Shown here piece by piece: positions 53,771 through 63,322 of a DNA stretch of 64,000 nt. Both the position numbers and the translations under genes were made by a program. Positions within the stretch are counted from its first letter, which is position 1. Every line of letters begins with the position of its first letter. The stretch is taken from positions 6,473 through 70,472 of the forward strand of contig JANMQV010000006.1 in assembly GCA_031370645.1 (NCBI GenBank), read 5' to 3'. This stretch comes from Candidatus Eiseniibacteriota bacterium (GTDB lineage Bacteria; Eisenbacteria; RBG-16-71-46; SZUA-252). The notes below the pieces were generated by a model. The model saw nothing but the letters and a program-made list of their open reading frames with translations, was not told the origin of the DNA and ran no database searches.

Positions 53771-55077
53771 CGACGGCCCGGTGTGGGCGCGCCGGCCCGG
53801 CTCGCGCCCGCCGCCAGGTAGTGCCCCCGCTCCGCGCTCGTGTCGTCGAACGCCTGGCGGATGAGGGAGTCCTGCTCCACGCGAAATTCGATCTTCCGCC
53901 GCTCCATGGCGCGGGCGGCCGTTTCGATCATGTCGGTGATCCGGTGCTCCACGAGCGCTTCCGGCGTTCCCCAGACGAACGAGGGAACGTAGGTCGGCTG
54001 AAGCGCGGTGCCGTAGAGATTGCAGCCGATTCCCACGACGGCGCCGGTCGGGAACGTCGCCCCGATCCCTGTCTTCGTGTAATCCCCGATCGTGAGCCCC
54101 AGGAGCCGCTGGCCGCTGTCGGTCGCCGCGCCCTCGAGCCAGGCGTCGGCCGAGGTAAAATAGCGGACGTTCGAGTAGTTGTTCTTCAGGTCGCTCGTGA
54201 TCGTCCCGGCGCCCAGGTTGACCCACTCGCCGACGAAGGAGTGCCCGACGAAACCGTCGTGCTGCTTGTTGGCGTAACCTTGGAAGACCGTTGCCTCCAC
54301 CTCGCCGCCGATCTTACAGACGGGGCCGATCACGGTTCCCTCGCGGATCTGGGCGCCCGCCTTCACCCGCGAGCCCTCCCCGACCACCGCGGGACCTTCG
54401 ATGTAGGCGAGCGGCTCCACGACCGCGTTCTCAAGAATGAGGATCGGCCCGCCCTCGGCGTTCAAAACCGCTCCCGGCATGACGCGCGCCCCGCGGGCCA
54501 CGTGCACCGCGTCGGCCTGTAACAGGTGAGCCCCGGGATCGATCCGACCGCGAACCGTGCCGGCCTGAAAGGCGTAGCGGAAGTCCTGCACGATTTGGCG
54601 CGGGCTCCAACGAATGAGATCCGCGGCCGAGCGTGCGAGAAACGCGTTCACCTCCGCCGGGTAGCGGAGTTCTTCGAACGCCTTCTCCGGCTCCCCCTCG
54701 CGAAGCCAGCGCGCGACGTGCGCGACGCGGCTCCCCGAGACCTTCGCGGCAAAAAGCGTCCCGTCCGCCATGAAGGAGGCTTCAAGCGGCGAAGCGGCGA
54801 GAAAATGGAGCACCTCGTCGTCCGTCATGCAGAGCCGTCCGTTGATGAAAAGCGTCTCCTCCTCCGGCGGTTCGCCGACCACCGCAGTCGGGTAGAGGAG
54901 CCGCGTCCACTCCTCGAGCTCGGAACGGACCATGAGCGCGAGCGTCGCATCAGGAAACGCACGGACGAGCTTCTCGACGAGCGTGAAAGCCCCGCAACGG
55001 AGGCCGAAAACGGGCCGGAGGAGCGTGTGCGGTCCGAAGGAACGAACCGCGGGATCCTCGTAGAGGCAGAGGTTCAT
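53767..55077 (-). CDS. Sugar-phosphate nucleotidyltransferase fused to a left-handed beta-helix (hexapeptide) domain (GlmU / DUF4954-like)
   Basis: 436 aa. N-terminal NTP-transferase-like fold. C-terminal imperfect hexapeptide repeats (VIGPVCKIGGEVEATVFQGYANKQHDGFVGHSFVGEWVNLGAGTITSD). Confidence 0.65.
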   Translation of the reverse strand: MNLCLYEDPAVRSFGPHTLLRPVFGLRCGAFTLVEKLVRAFPDATLALMVRSELEEWTRLLYPTAVVGEPPEEETLFINGRLCMTDDEVLHFLAASPLEASFMADGTLFAAKVSGSRVAHVARWLREGEPEKAFEELRYPAEVNAFLARSAADLIRWSPRQIVQDFRYAFQAGTVRGRIDPGAHLLQADAVHVARGARVMPGAVLNAEGGPILILENAVVEPLAYIEGPAVVGEGSRVKAGAQIREGTVIGPVCKIGGEVEATVFQGYANKQHDGFVGHSFVGEWVNLGAGTITSDLKNNYSNVRYFTSADAWLEGAATDSGQRLLGLTIGDYTKTGIGATFPTGAVVGIGCNLYGTALQPTYVPSFVWGTPEALVEHRITDMIETAARAMERRKIEFRVEQDSLIRQAFDDTSAERGHYLAAGASRAGAPTPGRR

Positions 55078-55122
55078 GACTGCAGCGTAGAGGCGCGCCC
55101 GAAACGCGTCAAGTAAGGTACA

Positions 55123-56682
55123 ATGCGCGCCATGAACGATTCGAAACGGGACGACCCGGCCGCGCCCCCGAGTACAACGAAGAACGGGTCGACGGCTGCC
55201 GGCGCTCCCGTAGCGCCGCGCGAACCGTCGGCCCGCGCGCTTCGCTCACGCGAACATCGAATTCCCCGCCGGCATCGCGTCTTCGTGAATCGGAATCTCC
55301 GCATGACGCGCATCCGCGCGATCGGCTTCGATCTCGATCATACCCTCGCGCACTACGACCCGATCCCGGTCGAAGATCTCGCGTTCGACCTGACGAAGAA
55401 GAAACTCGTGGAGTTCCGCGGCTACTCTCCCGAGATCTTGAAGTTCGCCTATGACCCCCACTTCGTGGTTCGGGGGCTCGTGGTCGACAAGAAGCGCGGA
55501 AATCTCCTCAAGATGGACTACTTCAATTTCGTCTCCCGCGCGACACACGGGCTCACGTCGCTCCGTTCCGAAGAACGGAGGCGGGCGTACCGCACGTCGC
55601 GCGTCCGAGTCGGTCACGAGAACTACGTCTCGGTGGACACGCTCTTCCACCTCCCCGAAGTCTATCTCTACGCGGTTCTCGTCGATTTCCTGGAGAGGCA
55701 GAAGCCCGCCGGGGGAGTCGACTACGAAAAGGTCTACGGCGATGTCCGCGCCATGATCGACGAGGCGCATCGGGACGGGAGCCTCAAGTCGATCATCACG
55801 AGCGACCTCGATCGTTACATTCGATTCGATCCCGAACTCCGTGTCGTCCTCGAGGAGTTCCGGCGCGCCGGGAAGAAACTCTTCCTCCTGACGAACAGTG
55901 AGTGGTCGTACACGGACAAGCTGCTTCGCCACCTCATGGAGCGGGGGCGCGGCGCGCCGGAGCACTGGTCGGAACTCTTCAACGTCGTCCTGGTCGATGC
56001 GCAAAAGCCGGGGTTCTTCGCGGAGACGGAAGCGCCGTCGCCGATTCCGGAACTGAAGGGGCAGAAACTGGCCGCGATCACCGGGAGCGGAGGAGGCGGA
56101 GCGTATCTCGAGCGAGCGCTCGGCGCCGCCGGCGAGCATGTGCTCTATTTCGGGGATCACACCTACGGCGACATCTTGCAATCGAAGCGGGCCCTCGGCT
56201 GGCGCACTGCCATGCTCGTCCCCGAGCTCGACCGGGAGATTCAGGTAACGCAGGACTACGCCAAGGAGTTCGACCGGCTGTCGAAACTCTCTTCGGAACG
56301 TCATCACATCGAGATCGACAAGGCGGCCGTGGGTCGCGAGCATCGCCGGCTCGCCCAAGTTCTCGCGGACGGTGATACGAACGACGCCGCGAAGCGGGAG
56401 GAAATGACGAAGCGGATCGAGGAAATTCCGGAACAGATCGCCGAGATGGAGCGGCGGAGCCTCGAGCTCTCCGGAGAAATCGAGAGCGTTCAGGTGAAGA
56501 TCGACCGCGCCTACAATTCGCGTTGGGGGTCGCTCTTCCGGGAAGGCAACGAGTCGAGCCGCTTCGGACATCAGTTGAAGGACTTCGCCTGCCTCTACAC
56601 GAGCCGGGTTTCGAACTTCCTTCACTACCCCTGGAACTACTACTACCAATCTCCTGTCGGCTACATGCCGCACGATATCTAG
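55123..56682 (+). CDS. HAD-IG family 5'-nucleotidase (cytosolic purine 5'-nucleotidase cN-II-like)
   Basis: 519 aa. RVFVNRNLRMTRIRAIGFDLDHTLAHY (HAD motif I DxDxT). LLTNSEWSYTDK, YFGDHTYGDILQSKRALGWRT and C-terminal HYPWNYYYQSPVGYMPHD all parallel the eukaryotic cN-II. Confidence 0.85.
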   Translation: MRAMNDSKRDDPAAPPSTTKNGSTAAGAPVAPREPSARALRSREHRIPRRHRVFVNRNLRMTRIRAIGFDLDHTLAHYDPIPVEDLAFDLTKKKLVEFRGYSPEILKFAYDPHFVVRGLVVDKKRGNLLKMDYFNFVSRATHGLTSLRSEERRRAYRTSRVRVGHENYVSVDTLFHLPEVYLYAVLVDFLERQKPAGGVDYEKVYGDVRAMIDEAHRDGSLKSIITSDLDRYIRFDPELRVVLEEFRRAGKKLFLLTNSEWSYTDKLLRHLMERGRGAPEHWSELFNVVLVDAQKPGFFAETEAPSPIPELKGQKLAAITGSGGGGAYLERALGAAGEHVLYFGDHTYGDILQSKRALGWRTAMLVPELDREIQVTQDYAKEFDRLSKLSSERHHIEIDKAAVGREHRRLAQVLADGDTNDAAKREEMTKRIEEIPEQIAEMERRSLELSGEIESVQVKIDRAYNSRWGSLFREGNESSRFGHQLKDFACLYTSRVSNFLHYPWNYYYQSPVGYMPHDI

Positions 56683-58057
56683 ACCCGGAGCGCCTCCACC
56701 AAGAGTTCCACGGCGCGCGCCACGTGCTCGGGCGCCATGCGGCGCGAGGGGTAGAGCGAGAGCACGTTCCCACCGCGCCCTCCCGGAAGGACGAGAAGCC
56801 CGCGCCGCATCAGGTCGCGACAGATCATGGCCGCGCGAGCGGGGTCGGGCGCCTTGGTAGCGGCATCGGACACGAGATCGATCGCGAGCATGAGTCCCGC
56901 CTGGCGAACGTCGCCGACACCGCGGCACGATTTCACCTCCCTCAAGCCCGATTCGAATCCACGCGCAACCCCCGCCGCTTCCTCCTCCGTCGACTCCAGG
57001 AGTGAAAGGGCGGAGAGCGCGCCGGCGCACGCGATCGGATGTGCGTAGAACGTGCTCGCGTAGGGCGCCTCGCCCGATGCGGGAAGATGCTTCGCCCAGA
57101 CTTCCATGACGCGCGGCGTCCCAAGCAGCGCCGCGATGGCCACGCCTCCTCCGATCCCCTTCCCCGTCACGAGCAAGTCGGGCTCGGCCGCGGCGCCACC
57201 GTTCGACCGACTCCACGCCCAGAACGGCCCGGTCCGCGCAGCCCCGGTCAGGATCTCGTCGTAGATCACGAGCATTCCTCTCGAGCGGGCGCGCGCGACG
57301 AGTCGCGGCAAGAACTCGGGTGGCGGCACGATAACGCCGGCGCGTCCCTGGATCGGTTCCACGAGAACCGCGCCGGGGGGGTCGGGGCCGTCGCACGCCC
57401 TTTCGACTTCCTCCCACCCTTCCTCGAAGCAGGCGAGGTCGCACCCGCCGCCTTCGCGCTCCAGGGGACAGCGATAGGGATCGGGGAAGGGAATGTGGAT
57501 CGCGCGACGGGAACCGGGCGGCCGAAGCAGTCCGGGCGACGCGGGAAAGTGCGTGACCTCGAGCGCGGCTCCACTCTGCCCGTGGTAGCCGCCCTCGAAC
57601 GCGACGACGCGGCGGCGTCCCGTGGCGAGCGCCGCGGTCTGAAGCGCGAGATCGACCGCGTCGGATCCCGTCGAGGCGAAGAGCACTTTGGAGAGCCGGC
57701 CTCCGAGCTTCGACAAACGGCGCGCCAATTTTTCCCTGGTGGCGTGGGGCTGCAAATCGCCCAGCCCCTGCGCCATCGTTCGGGCCTGGGCCGCGACGGC
57801 GCGCGCGATTTCGGGAGCCGCGTGGCCGAGGGAGGCGACGCCGAATCCCGACGTGAGATCGAGATACCGATTCCCGTCGAGATCCTCGACAACGGAGCCC
57901 TTCGCTCGTGCCCAGACGATCGGTTGCGAATCCGCTCCCCAGATCGCCGCCCCCTCCGCGCGTCGCAGCCGTTTCGAAGCGGCCAGCGACTTCGGGCCGG
58001 GCGGAGGAGTAACGATCTCCGGCAGTTCGTCCCCGCGCAGCGGCGGACGGCGCGTCA
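56679..58057 (-). CDS. Class III pyridoxal-phosphate aminotransferase (GabT/ArgD-like)
   Basis: Probable GTG start about 58057 (VTRRPPL...) overlapping the EamA stop. YDEILTGAARTG and the PLP-lysine region LLVTGKGIGGG. About 459 aa. The track ORF's 5' 170 aa are an artefact. Confidence 0.8.
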
Positions 58058-58990
58058 CGCCTTCCCCCGCCGCGTCTCCACCCACGTCACCCCCGCAAGG
58101 ATGAGCAGGGCGCCGAGGAAGAAACCGCCCGTGAAGCGCTCCCGGAAGACGAGCCAGGAGAGAATCGACGTGAGGATCGGCTGCGTGTTCTGGGCGACGG
58201 CGACCTTGGCCGTTTCCAAATGGCGGAGCGCGTACATATAGAGAGGGTACGCGATCGCCGAGGTGCCTATCGCCAGGTAAAGAATGGCGCCCCAGGTCGG
58301 TAGCGTGATGCTCGAAAGCTTCGGAATCGCGCCGGGAATGAAGAGAGCGGGAAGCGTCAGAAGGGTCCCGCTCACGATGGCGCCCGTCGTGACCGCCATG
58401 CCGTCGTACTTGGCCAGGAGCGGCTTCGATAGGACCGTGTAGAGCGCCCAGGCGAAGACGGCGACGAGAATGAGGAGATCGCCGCGGAGCAGGGCCATCT
58501 CCCGCTTCAAGCCGCGCTCGGTGAGGATGACGATGACGCCGCCGAACGCGACCGCGATGCCGACGAGCGAAGACCACGGGGTTCGTTCTCGAATCATCGC
58601 CTTCGCGAGAAGAAAGACGACGAGCGGCGTCAGCGCGTAGAGGAGCGCCGCGTGGCTTGGTGTGGAGTGGACCATCCCGAAGAGAAAGAATCCCTGATTC
58701 ATCGGAACGACGAGAAAGCCGAGAAGCGCCACGCGGGGCCAGTCCCGGCGCTCGATTCCCGACACGCCTCGCGCCCGCTGCCAGCCCCAGAGCGAGACCG
58801 AGGCGATCACGAAACGAAGCAGGGCCACCGGGAGCGCGCCGATCGCGGCGACGGCGCCTTTCGCGAAGAGGTGGGTGGCGCTGGCCAAAATTTGATTCGC
58901 GCCGAGCGCCAGGGCGACCCGGGGACCTTGATCGTGGGGACGGATGAGGGCAGTTCCTTTCGCGTGGGGCGTGAGCCGAGGGCCGGGCAC
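58055..58990 (-). CDS. EamA/DMT-superfamily transporter (10 TM)
   Basis: Two EamA repeats (ALPVALLRFVIASVSLWGW...; LILVAVFAWALYTVLSKPLL...). The start is placed at a GTG near 58990 preceding TM1 (uncertain). The track ORF's N-terminal extension is unlikely to be real. Confidence 0.65.
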   Translation of the reverse strand: MPGPRLTPHAKGTALIRPHDQGPRVALALGANQILASATHLFAKGAVAAIGALPVALLRFVIASVSLWGWQRARGVSGIERRDWPRVALLGFLVVPMNQGFFLFGMVHSTPSHAALLYALTPLVVFLLAKAMIRERTPWSSLVGIAVAFGGVIVILTERGLKREMALLRGDLLILVAVFAWALYTVLSKPLLAKYDGMAVTTGAIVSGTLLTLPALFIPGAIPKLSSITLPTWGAILYLAIGTSAIAYPLYMYALRHLETAKVAVAQNTQPILTSILSWLVFRERFTGGFFLGALLILAGVTWVETRRGKA

Positions 58991-59114
58991 CGAGACGGCA
59001 TCTCCCGGGCTCCGTTCGGGCGGCAGTTTAGCCAATGGAATCCCTCCGCCGCAACCCGCTGGCGCCGCAAGCCGACTTAGGGTATGCTGCTCGGCTCCGG
59101 AGGATACGATCACA

Positions 59115-61798
59115 TGATGGATACCGATTTTCGGAATTACCTCCGCGCCGCTCAAGGGCCGGAGCCAGATATCGCCCTGAGCAACCCGCGGTGGCACGAA
59201 ACCGAAGTCGTCGCGAAAAAACTAATCGAGACCAGCGCCGCGGAACCGGGGCTCAAGTCGCTTCTGAACGAGCCGCTGCGAAAGAAGCGCTGGGATCTCC
59301 TGCTCCTTTCCGGGCTCCTGCATCAGGCGCTCGGACAGCGAATGCCGGCGGTCGAGTGCTTCGAGGTCGTCGGCGACAAATGCATCGCGGCGAACGACCG
59401 AGACGCCGTCATTCATCTCCTTCCCCGCTTCCTGGTTCCCGATCCCGCTCCCCAAGCCGTCCGATTTCTCCATTACATCGCGAAGGGCGCTCCCTCGGAA
59501 GAAGAACGAATCGAGGCGCTCCGCCACGCGATTGCCATTCGCCCCTCCGATCCCGACCTCCATCTCGATCTCGCCGGCGCGCTCGAGCAGGCCCAGGACC
59601 TCGAGGCCGCGCGCGAGCACCGGCTCCGCTATCTCGAGCTGTCGCTCGAGGAGACGCGACCGAAGGGGCTCTCGGAGGCGGTCGCGCGCGCGGTCGAGGA
59701 AGACCTGGCCGCCGAGCCGAAGCGAGTCGGCACCATCGTCGTCCGATACGCGGGCAAGGTCGCCTGGAAGGATGCCGAGGCGGTCCTCGAGCTGGCCATG
59801 CCCGAGTTGGAGAAGTTCGCGGGAGGGCTCCTGCCTTGGGACGATCTCGCGGTCCTTCTTCCCAAGATTCTCGCCACGCCTGCGGGGCGTGAAACGGCCG
59901 CGGAGCTCGTGAAGATCGCGGTCGCGCGCGAGCCGCAGCCGGCGGCGATCGTCGAGGGCTCGGGGATTCTCGATTCCTCCGTCGATGCGAACGTCGTCGT
60001 CGATCGCGTCCCCAAGATTCTTGCCCTACCCCCCGGCGCCTACGTGACGCACAGCGCGTGGGGCCTCGGCCGCGTCACGGCGACCGACGGCGAATCGGTG
60101 AAGCTCGACTTTCCGAACCGCGTCGGGCATCAGATGTCGTTCGCCATGGCTTCGAAGTCGCTCCTTCGGCTCCACGCCGACGGACTCCGCGTCCTTTCGA
60201 TCGAGGAGCCCGAACGGCTCCACGCGCTGGCGAAGGCCGGCGACCCCGATCTCCTGGCGCGCGCCCTGCGCGAAGTGGGTGGCAAGGCCTCGACCGCGAA
60301 TTTGAAGCCGCGGTTCGAGATTGCCTACCCTGACGGCGATTGGTCGGCCTACATCAAGAAGGCGAAAGAAAAGATTAAGGAGGATCCTCGCTTCGACCTG
60401 AGCGAGGCCTACAAGAACGTCTACTCGCTCGCCCCCGAAGGACAGGCGGGACGAGGTGCGGTGCTGCCTCGACTCTCTTCTCGTGCCGCGGTGAAGGGTC
60501 TCGCCGTCGTGAAGAAGTTCATGCGGGAGCATCCGGAAGAGGAGACGCGGCTCCGCGAGCATGCGGGACCGCTCGTTGCCCGCTGGATCGGCGATCCCGC
60601 GCTCGACCTCACGGGCCGCGCCCAAGCACTTTGCTACGCGGTCGGTTGGAACAGCATGAGCCGCGAGGAAGCGATCGAGGCGCTCGGCGACCTCATCCAC
60701 GAAGGGCTCTCTCCGGACGATCTCAACATCAGTCAATATCAGGAACTCCTCATGGATCTCGCCGAGGGTTCGCCCGACGAGGAGGCGTTCCTTTGGCGCG
60801 CTTTCGAGAGCCGCCTTCCGCGGCTTCGCGATCGCGGACGCCTGCGGCTCCAGGACTTGCTCGGCGACGCCTACACGCGAGCTATCGAACAGCGCGTGCA
60901 GCGAAGCGCCGATACCCCGGGCCTCACGTCGCGGCTCATCGAACATTTCGCCGTGCAGCCGGAGGACGCCGGGGCCCCGCCCCAGGCCCTTCTGCTCGTC
61001 GCGGCCATCCGGCTCCTGGAGAAGGAACTGGCCGAGGGGGTTCCCGAGCGGCTCCTCGCGCTTCTCGACGAAGGGGGCGCCTATCGCGTGCGGTTCCGGG
61101 TGACCCAGCCCGACGCGGAGGCGATGGAAGCGATCGAACGCACCGTGCTCGCGTGGAGCGGGAGCGAGCGAAGACTCGTCCCGATACTCGACTTTCTCCG
61201 AGTGATCGGACATCCGGGAATCGCCGACGCCTACGAGGAGCGCCGCAAGGCGCGCGCGAAGAGCCTCCTCGAGGGAAAATCGACCGAGGACGTCGACACG
61301 CGCTTCACGCTCATGACCAAGACGACCTACCAGCGGCTGGAGTCGGAACTCAAGCGGCTCGCGCTGGAACTGAAAACGACGATCCCGGCCGCCATCGAAC
61401 GCGCCCGGCAGTTGGGCGACCTGAAGGAGAACGCCGAGTACGACGCCGCGAAGGCCAAGCAGGCGAACACGGCCCATCGCGTGCAGGAGTTGATCACGCT
61501 CCTCGAAGCGACGCAGATTCTCGAGTCGCTCGAGATCGACCCGAAGCGGGTCGGCGCAGGTACGGAGGTGTTCCTCACTCCGCTCGCCGCGGGCGAAGCG
61601 CCGGTCCGGTTCTGGATCCTGGGCGAGGGGGATCACCTCCTCGGGGAGGGCATTCTCTCCTACCGGGCGCCACTCGCGCGGCCGCTCCTCGGACTGAACG
61701 CCGGCGCCGAGGTAGCGATCGAATTCGAATCCGGCACGCGGCGATTCCGTATCGAGTCGATCCGCAAGCGGCTTCCGGGCGATCCCGTTCCGGTCTAA
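59115..61798 (+). CDS. Large (~894 aa) transcription-factor-like protein: helical/TPR-like N-terminus, central CarD/TRCF-type RNAP-interacting motif, and C-terminal GreA/GreB-like domain
   Basis: ATG at 59115 with a perfect GGAGGA 9 nt upstream. Central PGAYVTHSAWGLGRVTATDGESVKLDF matches GDYVVHxxHGIGRY of CarD_CdnL_TRCF. The C-terminal 160 aa read MTKTTYQRLESELKRLALELK...GDLKENAEYDAAKAKQ...RVGAGTEVFL...YRAPLARPLLGLNAGAEV, matching the GreA coiled-coil tip (D..ENAEY) and the FKBP-like domain. Confidence 0.7.
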
Positions 61799-61863
61799 GC
61801 CGCATCCAAAGAAGCTAAGTCCCCGACGTCCGGGGAGAAAACCAACGGAAAGGAGAATCGTCC

Positions 61864-62475
61864 ATGTCCAAGCACGTGGTGAAGCCCCTTCCCTACGCGA
61901 ACGATGCGCTGAAGGGAATCGGCTCGAAGACGATCGAAATCCATCACGACAAGCTCTACGCGGGCTACGTGAACAAGCGGAATGAAATCGAAGAGGCCCT
62001 GGCGAAGGTGGACCGGAGCAAGGCGAATCAGATCTACTCCGACATGCGCGGCATGAAGCACGAGGAGACGTTCGCCGCGAACGGCCAGATTCTCCACGAA
62101 ATCTATTTCGCCGTGATGGGCGGCGACGGCCAGCCGAAGGGCGAAGTGGTCGACAAGATCAAGGAGGACTTCGGAACGTTCGCCGCGTGGGAGGAGGACT
62201 TCAAGGCCTCCGGCATGTGCGCTCGCGGATGGGTCGTCCTCGCCTTCGATCCGACCGACGGCCGCCTCCACAACTTCATCGGCGACTCGCAGAACCAGGG
62301 CGGCGTGTGGGGCACCTTCCCGGTTCTGAACGTCGACACCTACGAGCACTCCTACTTCATCGATTACGGCTCGGATCGAAAAGCCTACCTCGAGGCCTTC
62401 ATGCGGAACATCAATTGGGACGAGGTCAACCGGCGCTACCTGGCCGCCTCCTCCATGGCGATGGCCCGGAAGTAA
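61864..62475 (+). CDS. sodA: Fe/Mn superoxide dismutase
   Basis: 203 aa. LPYANDALKG, IEIHHDKLYAGYV and DTYEHSYFIDY signatures. Lower GC than the neighbourhood. Confidence 0.9.
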   Translation: MSKHVVKPLPYANDALKGIGSKTIEIHHDKLYAGYVNKRNEIEEALAKVDRSKANQIYSDMRGMKHEETFAANGQILHEIYFAVMGGDGQPKGEVVDKIKEDFGTFAAWEEDFKASGMCARGWVVLAFDPTDGRLHNFIGDSQNQGGVWGTFPVLNVDTYEHSYFIDYGSDRKAYLEAFMRNINWDEVNRRYLAASSMAMARK

Positions 62476-62482
62476 CGACTCC

Positions 62483-62507
62483 GCGGCGGCCGGAAACGGC
62501 CCTCCGC
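62483..62507 (+). terminator. Putative intrinsic terminator downstream of sodA (GC stem with GAAA tetraloop)
   Basis: GGCCG-GAAA-CGGCC perfect hairpin beginning 8 nt after the sodA TAA stop, extensible to about 9 bp. It is followed by a modestly U-containing tail (CUCGAUUG). Confidence 0.35.
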
Positions 62508-62730
62508 TCGATTGCAGTACGGCGGGTGTCCTTGCAAAATGCACGGACCCCGCCTTTCGTTTTGCCCCCTCCTTCGTCCCGCGTTCCCCAACTGACTTGT
62601 TATCAATAGGTTGGTAAAACCGCCGCGGAAGCCCTTCGGCGGCATGGCCTTTGCTCTACACCCCAGGGGTTTTTCCAATTGTGATCGTATTTCGTTCGCG
62701 ATGGGGATCGCGACAAACAAGGAGACCGAC

Positions 62731-63267
62731 ATGAAGACGGTGAAGGTGTTCGTCATCGCCCTCGCGGCGCTTGGAGCGCTGGCGGCGTTGAACGGCTGCA
62801 CGGACGTGTCGTCGCGAAACATTCTGCAGGTTGTGAGCGTGAACGCCGGCGACGTCTATTACAGCGACTTGGTGACCGACTCGGGCACGGTGGTGGCCGA
62901 CGCGGTTCAGCTGAAGGTGACGAACATCCCGAACGACGGCGGCGCGACGCTTGCGCCCGGCACGCCCTTTTCACAGATCATTCTCACCGGCTACACGGTC
63001 ACGTTCGACAACGGCGTCTATCCGCCGGTTTCGGGCGGCATCTCGGGCGTCGTGAATTCCGGAGAGCAGGCCGATGTCTCGATCGCGCTGACCGACATTG
63101 GCGTGAAGGCTTCGCTCTCGCCGTTTCTCGCCACGAGCACCACGGCTCGAATTACGCTGACCGGGTTCAACCATATCAACGGCGGGAACAACGGCGAAAC
63201 GGTTACCGCGCGCGCCAACCTTCCCGTGCAGGTCGCGAACTTCAAGGACTCCGACATCGCCAACTGA
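62731..63267 (+). CDS. Lipoprotein of unknown function
   Basis: Internal ATG with AAGGAG 7 nt upstream. Signal peptide MKTVKVFVIALAALGALAALNGC (lipobox LNGC). Ser/Thr/Gly/Val-rich beta-type sequence, 178 aa. Confidence 0.6.
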   Translation: MKTVKVFVIALAALGALAALNGCTDVSSRNILQVVSVNAGDVYYSDLVTDSGTVVADAVQLKVTNIPNDGGATLAPGTPFSQIILTGYTVTFDNGVYPPVSGGISGVVNSGEQADVSIALTDIGVKASLSPFLATSTTARITLTGFNHINGGNNGETVTARANLPVQVANFKDSDIAN

Positions 63268-63322
63268 CCGTCTCGTCGGTCGCGATCCCCTCGGCCCGTC
63301 ACGTACTCGTGGCGGGCCGATT

